Counted from the stretch's first letter, positions 9,694-18,483 are shown. The stretch: 64,000 nucleotides of DNA from Leptospirales bacterium (GCA_040326155.1 JBEQLE010000008.1:1-64000); one strand, 5' to 3'. Numbers and translations: made by a program. The notes: generated from the letters alone by a model not told the origin.

Positions 9694-9852
9694 ATGAATA
9701 ATAAAGCAGAAAAGGGAAAAACTGATATGGTAAAAACCATTAAGCGTATGTCCCGGCATGAGTTTTTGTTAAAGCCTTCTGTGGCTTTTAAGTCAAAAAA
9801 AGCCTACAGAAGAAAAATGAAGCATAAGAAAAGTGTTTCAGCCGATTCCTAA
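9694..9852 (+). CDS. Small basic protein, ArfA/BrfA-like ribosome rescue factor candidate (52 aa)
   Basis: GGAG SD at 9684; MNNKAEKGKTDMVKTIKRMSRHEFLLKPSVAFKSKKAYRRKMKHKKSVSADS; KSKK-x-Y-x-RK-x-KHK motif. Confidence 0.55.
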   Translation: MNNKAEKGKTDMVKTIKRMSRHEFLLKPSVAFKSKKAYRRKMKHKKSVSADS

Positions 9853-9914
9853 TGACGCGGATAAAGTACGTTTTAAATCGAATCAAATCTATGGCAGAAG
9901 GGTTGGCTTTTTTT

Positions 9915-10048
9915 AGTGCACAAAAAAATCCTGCGGTTTTTTTGTGTCGCTTCGTTCGACGTTCGTTTAAAGTTATTTGTTTCCAAAAAGCGTGGTTTTT
10001 TATCGATCCTTTCATGGTATATTACTCACTTCGTTCAACTTTCGTTTG
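9915..10048 (+). repeat. Dispersed intergenic repeat family A, copy 2
   Basis: TAGTGCACAAAAAAATCCTGCGGTTTTTTTGTGTCGCTTCGTTCGACG...AAAGTTATTTGTTTCCAAAAAGCGTGGTTTTT. Confidence 0.75.
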
Positions 10049-10717
10049 CTAATGGAGGCTATCTAAAATGCGTTTTATCCAATTCTCAAAATTATTACAC
10101 TTTGTCCGAATTGTATCAATACCTATTTTTTGACTAATGATAGTACCATCTTGAACTTTATTGTAATTCGGATATATTGACCGGATTCTAGCCGAAGGAT
10201 GAGTCGTTGCGCCAGAATTAATTTTTTCGATATTGGTATACTGTTTTATTATTGTGTTTAACTTTTTTTCGGCGTGTAAATCTAAAAAAGTTTCAGCCGA
10301 AATTTTTGGATCAACAAATAGTAACGTTTCAAATTCATGAAGAAACAGGTATGGAATAAAATTTGGCCGCGCAATATCAGCTTGCCATGTCTTATATAAG
10401 TAAGCGATTTTTTTATAGATTTCCATATTTGGTAATTCCTTTAATCCCGGAAAATCTATAGGCAAACCATAATAATCGAACATTGTTGTAATAATACATT
10501 GCTCATCTTTTATTCGATGAATTTCATCTTTAATTTTAGAATACGTTGTTACACCACCTTTAAAAGTTTTACCAGATTTTTCTCTCTTGGTTTTAATAAT
10601 AATCGGTTGAATATTCAGGGATGTATTATTCAAACTTGATTTTATATAGGGAGATAAAACTTCCTTTATAAATTTCTCTTCAGTTTGACCTTCCACAATA
10701 ATATAAATTCTGCACAT
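10049..10717 (-). CDS. DUF4276-like (TOPRIM-like) protein
   Basis: IYIIVEGQTEEKF, TTMFDYYG, FIPYLFLHEFETLLF, C..FENW; starts 3 nt downstream of the ATPase. Confidence 0.8.
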   Translation of the reverse strand: MCRIYIIVEGQTEEKFIKEVLSPYIKSSLNNTSLNIQPIIIKTKREKSGKTFKGGVTTYSKIKDEIHRIKDEQCIITTMFDYYGLPIDFPGLKELPNMEIYKKIAYLYKTWQADIARPNFIPYLFLHEFETLLFVDPKISAETFLDLHAEKKLNTIIKQYTNIEKINSGATTHPSARIRSIYPNYNKVQDGTIISQKIGIDTIRTKCNNFENWIKRILDSLH

Positions 10718-10720
10718 TTT

Positions 10721-11818
10721 TTATGGACGCCCGCCTAGCACATTTTTCTCCCAGAGTTCGCCAATGGCATAATCTTCCAGCCAGGTATCTACTTCTTCGG
10801 GACCAGGTCTTTTGAATAGAGTTTGTTCGTTTCCTCGTTCCACAATAATAATATCTTTTGGTTCGAACTGGTTAAGGAAGGTGACCGATTGTGTTGAAAT
10901 GATAATTTGTGTTTTTTGGGAGGTCGATTTTATCATCCCGGCTAAAATCTGAATTGCATACGGGTGTAGCCCAAGTTCCGGTTCATCGAGAATAATAGTA
11001 GCCGGTAAATCAGGTTGTGTAAATAAAGTTGTCAGACACATAAAGCGTAATGTGCCATCGGATAAAGAGTTTGCGTCAAAATATTGGTCGGACCCTTTCT
11101 CTGCCCATTCCAGTTTAATTTGATTTTCATTACCCGGCCAGGGTCTGAGTGTAAAATCATGAAAGAAGGGAGCAACAAGCCTGATGGTATCCACGATTTT
11201 TTTATAGTGAAGTTCATATTTGTTTTTAAGCCAGAATAGATATGCGGCAATATTTGATCCGTCTGCTCGAAAGAATATTTGATCGCCGACAGATTGAAGT
11301 TTTTTCATGTTTGAAGTATCGCTTGTATCATGAAAATGATAGAGCTGCCAGCTTTTTATGGAATCGATTACGTACTTTTCAATAGATTTTTCTTTGTTGC
11401 TCTTTTCAAAAAGTTTAGTTTCACGTGTTGTATTATGAATTATTCTTTGCATTTTCCTCTCAGGATCTACAAACCCAAAATAAACTGTTTCCTCACTAAA
11501 AATCAACCCATCCCCGGCCGGTTCTAAAATAAATTCATAACCATTTAGATATTGTTCATCATCAAAGAAGATTTTGACCTCAAGTTTTTCTGTTGTTTTG
11601 CCACCAAAATAGAGTATTTTTTCTACGCCTCCGGCTTTAGCAATATACGATTCAAGCCTCAGATCAATCAAGTTTCGGAGCATTTCAAAAAGCTTGATAA
11701 AATTAGATTTACCCGCGCCGTTTGCGCCGATTAAAATATTCAGGTTCGTTAACTCAAAATTATCTAGTTCACGAAAACTTTTAAAACCTTTTATGCTGAT
11801 ACGACTCATTACTTTCAA
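10721..11818 (-). CDS. ABC-type (AAA_21/AAA_15-like) ATPase
   Basis: Walker A GANGAGKS, signature SLSDGT, Walker B ILDEPELGLHP, ISTQS, C-terminal GELWEKNVLGGRP. Confidence 0.9.
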   Translation of the reverse strand: MKVMSRISIKGFKSFRELDNFELTNLNILIGANGAGKSNFIKLFEMLRNLIDLRLESYIAKAGGVEKILYFGGKTTEKLEVKIFFDDEQYLNGYEFILEPAGDGLIFSEETVYFGFVDPERKMQRIIHNTTRETKLFEKSNKEKSIEKYVIDSIKSWQLYHFHDTSDTSNMKKLQSVGDQIFFRADGSNIAAYLFWLKNKYELHYKKIVDTIRLVAPFFHDFTLRPWPGNENQIKLEWAEKGSDQYFDANSLSDGTLRFMCLTTLFTQPDLPATIILDEPELGLHPYAIQILAGMIKSTSQKTQIIISTQSVTFLNQFEPKDIIIVERGNEQTLFKRPGPEEVDTWLEDYAIGELWEKNVLGGRP

Positions 11819-12043
11819 CCTCTACCCCCTTAATAAGACTTTTTTGATTTTTTTTTCATTATCTGGGAAGTAAAGAGGAATATTTTCCTAATTCCGATTA
11901 TTTTTTAAAAAAAGGGGAAATTAATTAGATTACCTATAGAAACCTCAATAAATAAGTCAAAATTATTTGTTTGACTAGAGAAGTATATTTTAGTAGTGTC
12001 TTTGTATAATCAAAGGAGTTTTATCAAAACTTTCTTTGGAAGG

Positions 12044-12436
12044 ATGGTGAACAAAATAGGTTTACATATTTTACGCAGGCGTAGAAATTTACTGTTTGTT
12101 GTTTTTACAGTGTTCATATTCCAAACCGGTTTTATTGCCTGCAATAATAAACCTGTTACAATGAGAAATGTTACTGATAATACGGTCGAATTACATCAGA
12201 ATGAAACATTTAACTCTTACTTTGGCGGCATTATTCTCGCATCCGACCTGTGGATTTTCACAACCGGAAAACGCTCTCTAATTTTCGCTAACTTTGGTAC
12301 AACGCCCCTCGAAAATATCGGGGGGTTAAGCGGAAAAGCAGAGCTTTGCAGCGGAAGGGGGGGCTCACCCTTTTTTAAGTCACTTTTTCTCTTCAACCAC
12401 AATTTCCCATTTGCCACCGCTAGAGTTCACATTTAG
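12044..12436 (+). CDS. Possible lipoprotein N-terminal remnant (hypothetical)
   Basis: GGAAGG before ATG; basic N-region, hydrophobic stretch and FIA-C lipobox; the distal part runs into GC-rich hairpin DNA and overlaps the convergent gene. Confidence 0.3.
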   Translation: MVNKIGLHILRRRRNLLFVVFTVFIFQTGFIACNNKPVTMRNVTDNTVELHQNETFNSYFGGIILASDLWIFTTGKRSLIFANFGTTPLENIGGLSGKAELCSGRGGSPFFKSLFLFNHNFPFATARVHI

Positions 12437-12799
12437 ATAATACGACCCTGCTGGTTGCTGGATTGAAGTTTCGCTCTCCTCGGATTGCTGAATCATTACA
12501 TCGGGGAATCCCCCGGTTTTCATGATATCTTGACCTTCCGGTACCACATAAAAAGAAAAAAGACTATATCTTCCGGCTTTAAACTTATACTTTGCCCGCA
12601 CCGAACCTCCCATTAGCTGAAAAGGTGCAGACTTTTTCATACCACTCCCTTTGTATGTGTATACCTCCGTCCATTGCTTTGGTGCTTCTGTCGCATCGGC
12701 GCTTTTCTTGCTACCACCACAGCCTATTGCAATGGCTGCCACAATGAAAATTGAACTTAATAATCTCAAAAAGACCCACTGTTTTTTTTCTCGCGTCAT
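12380..12799 (-). CDS. Lipoprotein of unknown function
   Basis: AAGGA SD before MTREKK; lipobox IAIG-C; beta-rich C-terminal domain (GSYYLNVNSSGGKWEIVV). Confidence 0.8.
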   Translation of the reverse strand: MTREKKQWVFLRLLSSIFIVAAIAIGCGGSKKSADATEAPKQWTEVYTYKGSGMKKSAPFQLMGGSVRAKYKFKAGRYSLFSFYVVPEGQDIMKTGGFPDVMIQQSEESETSIQQPAGSYYLNVNSSGGKWEIVVEEKK

Positions 12800-13078
12800 A
12801 AAAATTTCCTTTTTAATTTTGGATTGATTACATAATGATATGCATTTTTTCTTATGTTTTGTCAAGGTTTTTTAACGTTTCCGGCAACGGCATAATGAGA
12901 AGTTCCCGAATATAATATACCTATAGAATATAGGGGAAATATACCTTTGGATATATCGTGCAGATTTGAATAAAGTGAATCGTGTAATACAACGGTTGTA
13001 TAAATCTGTAAATCTGCTTGCTTATGAGTGCATGGCAAGAATGCTATTTTTGCTCGTACGTAGAAAAATAAATTAAAG

Positions 13079-13114
13079 AATACAATAGTGGCCAGTTATG
13101 ACCACTATTGTATT
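13079..13114 (-). terminator. Intrinsic terminator of 13125..14096
   Basis: 16-bp stem AATACAATAGTGGCCA/TGACCACTATTGTATT (G-U pair on the minus strand), paralogous to 14366-14400. Confidence 0.7.
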
Positions 13115-13124
13115 GAACAAAGAA

Positions 13125-14096
13125 TTATTGAATAAAAAGTTGTCTTACAAAATCATGTCCAAGACCATCAGCTGTGGTTTTGCTTGTAAAACTTGCGCCT
13201 CCATCGGTTGAGAGGTTCAATGCTCCGGGATTTCCGGCGTATATCGTTGAACTTGTTACAAATATACACAAAATATTTACGTTGGCTAGACCTGCTGTTA
13301 TATTTGTGAAGCTTGTACCACCATCCGTAGATATACTTAAACCATTCCTCGTGCCAGCATAGATTGTTGAGTTCAATACAAATACAGAATAAACAATATC
13401 ATTTCCCAGACCATCTAATGTGGTTTTGTTTGTAAAATTTGTGCCGCCATCAGTCGATATGCTCAAACCAAGCCTCGTGGCAACATAGATTGTTGTACCC
13501 GATACAAAGAGTCCCATAATAGTATCAGAACCCAGGCCATCTAATGTGGTTTTGTTTGTAAAATTTGCACCGCCATCTGTTGATATGCTTAAACCCGAAT
13601 CCGTTCCGGCGTAAATGGTTGAACCTGATACAAAGAGTCCACTAATATTATCAGAACCCAAACCATCAGCAGTCGTTTTGTTTACGAAACTGACCCCGCT
13701 ATCCGTAGATATGCTTAAACCCGAATCAGTACCGGCATAAATTGTTGTGCCTGATACATATATTGCTTGAACCCAATCCGAACCCAGACCATCGAATGTG
13801 GTTTTGTTTGTAAAACTAGCCCCACCATCCGTAGATATACTTAAACCTAAATCCGTACCGGCATAAATTGTTGAACCAGATACATATACTGACTTAACAG
13901 TATCCGAAGCCAGACCTTGAGCGGTGGTTTTGTTGGTGAAACTTGTACCACCATCGGTAGATATGCTTAAACCTAAGCCGGTAGCCGCATAAACTGTTGA
14001 CGTTTCTACTGCCTCGTCCGTATTGTCCATGTTAGCACAAGCCATAAAAAAGCTTGTAATCATAAAAATTGTTAATTTTAAATATCTTCGTTTCAT
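13125..14096 (-). CDS. Lipoprotein, 7 x 42-aa Asp-box beta-propeller (paralog 1)
   Basis: Lipobox FMA-C; seven GLSISTDGG.SFTNKTT.DGL....V..VYVSGSTIYAGT repeats. Confidence 0.88.
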   Translation of the reverse strand: MKRRYLKLTIFMITSFFMACANMDNTDEAVETSTVYAATGLGLSISTDGGTSFTNKTTAQGLASDTVKSVYVSGSTIYAGTDLGLSISTDGGASFTNKTTFDGLGSDWVQAIYVSGTTIYAGTDSGLSISTDSGVSFVNKTTADGLGSDNISGLFVSGSTIYAGTDSGLSISTDGGANFTNKTTLDGLGSDTIMGLFVSGTTIYVATRLGLSISTDGGTNFTNKTTLDGLGNDIVYSVFVLNSTIYAGTRNGLSISTDGGTSFTNITAGLANVNILCIFVTSSTIYAGNPGALNLSTDGGASFTSKTTADGLGHDFVRQLFIQ

Positions 14097-14174
14097 AATG
14101 TTTTCCCCTTTTAACTTTCTGGTGTTGTATTTTATAGCCTGTTTATTGCTTTGTGTATAGAAGTAGAATCTACC

Positions 14175-14196
14175 AACTACGTAGGTATATTATACG
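14175..14196. promoter_or_regulatory. Conserved 22-bp upstream motif, copy 1
   Basis: AACTACGTAGGTATATTATACG, identical to 15486-15507, about 79 bp upstream of ATG. Confidence 0.6.
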
Positions 14197-14197
14197 T

Positions 14198-14307
14198 ATG
14201 CTTCAAAGGAATTGCTTGAGACACTACTCTATGATATGAATCAAGGCAAGGCAGGCAATGTAGGGATTCAAATTTTGACATCGAGAGAAAAAGAAATACT
14301 GCGAGTG
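14198..14307 (+). pseudogene. Internal relic of a duplicated response regulator gene
   Basis: Aligns by eye with 16043-16150 (ASKELLETLLYDMNQGKAGNVGIQILTSREKEILR vs ASKELLDTLLDDMNHGKAGNVGIQVLTPREKEILR). Confidence 0.85.
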
Positions 14308-14365
14308 TATTTCAATAGAGCTTATCTTGCGATAATGATGGAACATATCAGCAGATTAATTAAAG

Positions 14366-14400
14366 AGTACAATAGTGGTCAGTATGACCACTATTGTACT
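14366..14400 (-). terminator. Intrinsic terminator of 14411..15409
   Basis: Perfect 16-bp stem AGTACAATAGTGGTCA-gta-TGACCACTATTGTACT. Confidence 0.7.
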
Positions 14401-14410
14401 AAACAAAGAA

Positions 14411-15409
14411 CTATTGAACAAAAAGTTGTTTTACAATATCCTCTCCCAGACCATCTGCTGTGGTTTTGCTTGTAAAACTCGCGCCTCCATCGGTTGAGAT
14501 ATTCAATCCTCTGGGATTTCCGGCGTATATCGTTGAACTTGATACAAATACACTTAAAATATATGCGTCGTTTAGACCCGACGTTATATTTGTGAAGCTT
14601 GTACCACCATCCGTAGATATACTTAAACCATTCTTCGTGCCAGCATAGATTGTTGAACCGGATACATATACATCTGAAACCCAATTATGTCCCAGACCAT
14701 CTGCTGTGGTTTTGTTTGTAAAACTTGTGCCGCCATCTGTTGATATGCTTAAACCCATAGTCGTTGCGACGTAAAGGACTGAACCTGATACATATACTGC
14801 TTCAACCCAATCAGAACCCAGACCATCAGCTATGGTTTTGTTTGTAAAACTTGTGCCGCCATCTGTTGATATGCTTACCCCGAAACCCGTACCGACGTAA
14901 ATGGTTGTGCCTGATACATACAGTGCGTGAACATCATTATCAGCCAGGCCATCAAAAATATCTTTGTGTACGAAACTGACCCCGTTATCCGTAGATATGC
15001 TTAACCCCGTATCCATACCGAGATAAATTGTGGAACCAGATACATGCACTTCTTGAATCCAATTAGAATCCAGACCATCATCCATGGTTTTGTTTATAAA
15101 ACTTGCGCCACCATCCGTAGATATACTCAACCCATTACCTGTACCGGCATAAATTGTTGAACCAGATACATATACTGAAAAAATAAAATTCAAACCCAGA
15201 CCTTCAGCGGTGGTTTTGTTGGTGAAACTTGCACCGCCATCGGTCGATATGCCTAAACCTGAACTGGTTACCGCATAAACTGTTGGCGTTGCTGCCTCGT
15301 TCGTGTTCTCCGTAGCCGTATCCTCTGTAGCCGTTTCCCCCATGTTAGCACAAGCTGCAAATAAACTGCTTAATATAAAAACTGTAAATATTAAATATCC
15401 TTTTTTCAT
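14411..15409 (-). CDS. Lipoprotein, 7 x 42-aa Asp-box beta-propeller (paralog 2)
   Basis: Start MKKGYL (GGAG SD), lipobox FAA-C, Thr/Glu linker, seven STDGG repeats; paralog of 13125..14096. Confidence 0.88.
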   Translation of the reverse strand: MKKGYLIFTVFILSSLFAACANMGETATEDTATENTNEAATPTVYAVTSSGLGISTDGGASFTNKTTAEGLGLNFIFSVYVSGSTIYAGTGNGLSISTDGGASFINKTMDDGLDSNWIQEVHVSGSTIYLGMDTGLSISTDNGVSFVHKDIFDGLADNDVHALYVSGTTIYVGTGFGVSISTDGGTSFTNKTIADGLGSDWVEAVYVSGSVLYVATTMGLSISTDGGTSFTNKTTADGLGHNWVSDVYVSGSTIYAGTKNGLSISTDGGTSFTNITSGLNDAYILSVFVSSSTIYAGNPRGLNISTDGGASFTSKTTADGLGEDIVKQLFVQ

Positions 15410-15485
15410 AATTGTTACTCCCTTACCTTTTGGCAACAAAAGATATACGGTATTTATTGACATTTGTAAAGACGTTGATTTTACT

Positions 15486-15507
15486 AACTACGTAGGTATA
15501 TTATACG
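15486..15507. promoter_or_regulatory. Conserved 22-bp upstream motif, copy 2
   Basis: Identical to 14175-14196; lies between the lipoprotein and the divergent response regulator. Confidence 0.6.
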
Positions 15508-15672
15508 CATGCTTTATATTTGTAGAATTTACTTATTGTAAAAGTCCAAAATCTCAGTTATATTCTTATTAGATTAAACTATGGAGCGTAATACAATAAT
15601 TTCAATGGTAATCCTGTTTATTGTTTGGTATTCGTTCCATTATGAGAGTTCTGAAGGAAACCGGAGGTAAGT

Positions 15673-16305
15673 ATGCATAAGTTAATTATTGCGGACGATC
15701 ATTCCATTTTTCGTAGTGGCTTAAGAAAAGCCCTCGAAGAAAAGTTGGATATCGAAGTTATACAAGAATTAAAAAGTACAACGGAAGTAGAATCCGTTCT
15801 GCCCGAAACAGACTGTGACGGTTTGATTCTTGATTTATCAATGAATAATATAAACTCTTTATATTTAGTGAAAAAGCTAAAAAAGATGAAACCGAATTTA
15901 AAAATAATAATTTTGACAATGCATGATAGTAAATATTTTTTTAACCAGGCTATGGCAGACGGCGCCAATGGGTATATTCTCAAAACGGATGAACATGCAA
16001 ATATTATAGAGGCAGTTAAAAAGGTTCTAAACGGTGGCTCTTATGCTTCCAAAGAGTTATTGGATACACTACTCGATGATATGAATCATGGCAAGGCAGG
16101 CAATGTAGGCATTCAAGTATTGACGCCAAGAGAAAAAGAGATATTGCGTATGGTTGCATTGGGAGAAACGAGTAATGCCATTGGACAAGCACTAGACATC
16201 AGCCCTCGTACGGTTGAGAATCACCGGAATAATATTCGAAAGAAATTAGATCTGGTTGATCTTGCCGATATGGTTAAGTTCGCCAAAATGAATGAACTTG
16301 TTTGA
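15673..16305 (+). CDS. NarL/LuxR-family response regulator
   Basis: IADDH...LILDLSM...LTMH receiver domain; LTPREKEIL...SPRTVENHR HTH. Confidence 0.93.
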   Translation: MHKLIIADDHSIFRSGLRKALEEKLDIEVIQELKSTTEVESVLPETDCDGLILDLSMNNINSLYLVKKLKKMKPNLKIIILTMHDSKYFFNQAMADGANGYILKTDEHANIIEAVKKVLNGGSYASKELLDTLLDDMNHGKAGNVGIQVLTPREKEILRMVALGETSNAIGQALDISPRTVENHRNNIRKKLDLVDLADMVKFAKMNELV

Positions 16306-16320
16306 ATATAATACGATTAT

Positions 16321-18270
16321 TTAGTATGGAATATCAATTTGTAATCTGGTGCCTGTTTTTACCTGATGATCGATTATAAAATTTCCTTTAAGTGATTTTA
16401 TACGCTCTTGAATTAGGTGAAGACCGAGACCTGCTGTAGATTTATCTTTTGGAATGCCTACGCCGTCATCTGTAATTAAAATTCGTAACATATTTGCACT
16501 CAGCTTTTCTGAAAGCACTTGAAACTCGTACGCGTGCGCATGTTTAATGGTATTGAACAGGGATTCTTGAATAATGCGGAAGACTTCGAGGTTTTGCTCC
16601 GGTGAGAGCAAAGATTCAACAGGATGTAATCTTACTTTTGTAAGCAATGAGTTTGTGCCCGGTGTTCCTTGTATTAACTCTTGTATAGCATTCTCCAGTC
16701 CCAATGGTTGCAAGGCTGCGGGCACCAGAGAATGTGAAAAATTTCGGGCATGAGTCATGGTGTTTTTTAGTATTTGAACAGAGTCGTCCAAATCAAATTC
16801 TTTTCGAGTTTGCTTAGACAAGCCTCCAAGCTTGAATTGAACGGTTGCCAGAGATTGTCCAAAGTCATCATGTAACATTCCGGCAATTTTATTTCGTTCA
16901 ACTTCCTGAAATGTTAGAAGTTTTTGGTTTAATCGGGAAACATTTTCAAAGAGCTTACCTCTTTCTTCTTGCAAAGATTTGATACGATCTGCCAGTGCTA
17001 TACTGAGCAAAAAAGCTTCCAAAGAATTACTGAATTGCATTCCGTATTCAGTGAGTAAATTTGTGGGAAGTACTCCGGCAAACTTTAACATAAAAGCTAT
17101 CATTCCTATTAATAACATTGTCCATGCCAGTAGATAATACCGGGCCGGCTTATACCCCTGTATAAAGAAATAGACTCCGGCTGTGCTCGCTATAACAGCC
17201 CCCAATACAGTGGAAACCACCCAGATTCCCATATAATACTTCAGGGGTAAAAAAGCGTATACAATGGAAGAAATAAAAATAAAGACAAGTAAAAACCGGG
17301 AGGGATAATATATGAAACGGGTTTCTTTAGTTACATTTAAAAAGCTGCCCATAAAAAGAAGTACGCCACCAATACCTACATTTGATGCTAAGAAACCGGA
17401 ATAATTTTTCCACCAAATCGATGAATCGGGCCATAAATATTGATCGCCGTAGCCTCTGTAAATAGCAAAAACAAATATAATTCCAGTCAGATATACACAG
17501 TAATACAGGTAACTTATATCTTTAATCCCAAAAAACAGAAACAAATTATAAAGAAGCATAATGATTAAGGTTCCAAAGAAAAGCCCCATCATGAAAGTTT
17601 CCAGGCTGGACATTTCAAGAAAACTTTCTTTGTCCGATAAATACATGGGCAAAGAGACCATGCCGGCATCTTGAATATAGATATAAATTGTAATTTGTTC
17701 GCCGGGTTCTAAAGATACCGGAAAGGTTGGATTACGTCTCTTATAATCAAGATCATTATAGTGCACGTTCTGTCCCGCTTCAACGATTTTCGGTTTTTGA
17801 TTGTCTCGAACAACAACAAATCTGATTTGGTCAATCTGCGTCAATTTGATTTCGAAAAACCAATTGCGAATGTTTGTATCATTGACAACCCGGCTTTTCA
17901 ACCAGTATCCCTTGGTCGTAATTCCAAAGCTGGGAATATCACTATCTACGATTACAAATTCGGATTCTTTTTTCTGGGAAATTTCTTTAAATGAAATAGC
18001 GTTCTCTTTTTCAACATACAATACTGTTTTTGACCCAATGGACTTTCCATTAAAGACGCTGGTTTTTAAAACAGGCAAATTAGACTTCGTCTCCTGGGCT
18101 AACAAACCTGGAGTAAAGAAAATGAAAGTCAGGAAGGTAAGTACAATAGCACCAAACCGAAACTTAACTTTGTTATCAAGTAAGACACCAGACATACAAA
18201 AAGGCTTTAATAGAGTACCGAAAGAGTATTGACGCAATAAGAATATGTGATTCATCCAAATTAACTTCAT
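16321..18270 (-). CDS. 7TM-DISM sensor histidine kinase (HisKA_3 type)
   Basis: DISMED2-like FGITTKGYWLK, 7TM, ERNKIAGMLHDDFGQ H-box, QESLFNTIKHA N-box, DDGVG and GLGL G-boxes; true start may be about 75-100 nt downstream. Confidence 0.9.
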   Translation of the reverse strand: MKLIWMNHIFLLRQYSFGTLLKPFCMSGVLLDNKVKFRFGAIVLTFLTFIFFTPGLLAQETKSNLPVLKTSVFNGKSIGSKTVLYVEKENAISFKEISQKKESEFVIVDSDIPSFGITTKGYWLKSRVVNDTNIRNWFFEIKLTQIDQIRFVVVRDNQKPKIVEAGQNVHYNDLDYKRRNPTFPVSLEPGEQITIYIYIQDAGMVSLPMYLSDKESFLEMSSLETFMMGLFFGTLIIMLLYNLFLFFGIKDISYLYYCVYLTGIIFVFAIYRGYGDQYLWPDSSIWWKNYSGFLASNVGIGGVLLFMGSFLNVTKETRFIYYPSRFLLVFIFISSIVYAFLPLKYYMGIWVVSTVLGAVIASTAGVYFFIQGYKPARYYLLAWTMLLIGMIAFMLKFAGVLPTNLLTEYGMQFSNSLEAFLLSIALADRIKSLQEERGKLFENVSRLNQKLLTFQEVERNKIAGMLHDDFGQSLATVQFKLGGLSKQTRKEFDLDDSVQILKNTMTHARNFSHSLVPAALQPLGLENAIQELIQGTPGTNSLLTKVRLHPVESLLSPEQNLEVFRIIQESLFNTIKHAHAYEFQVLSEKLSANMLRILITDDGVGIPKDKSTAGLGLHLIQERIKSLKGNFIIDHQVKTGTRLQIDIPY

Positions 18271-18483
18271 TTGACTTCAAAACAATATTTTGTTTCTTTA
18301 CGGTCAATAGAAAAATAACATTAGATGATATAGTTTCTAAAGGCTTGCTTCGTTGTGCTTTTTTTAAAATACTTTAGTTGGTAGTTTATTTAGTTTGTTG
18401 ACGATTTATTCACCCTTTGCATCCGTTACCTGCTAAACAATGAAGATTTATAGGAATTGTGTGTTACACAATAAAGTGAAAAT

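Noticed and set aside
13125..15409. Regular 126-bp repeats as a CRISPR array or DGR template/variable pair
   Set aside because: Repeats are in-frame coding units with synonymous variation; there are no unique spacers, cas genes or reverse transcriptase.
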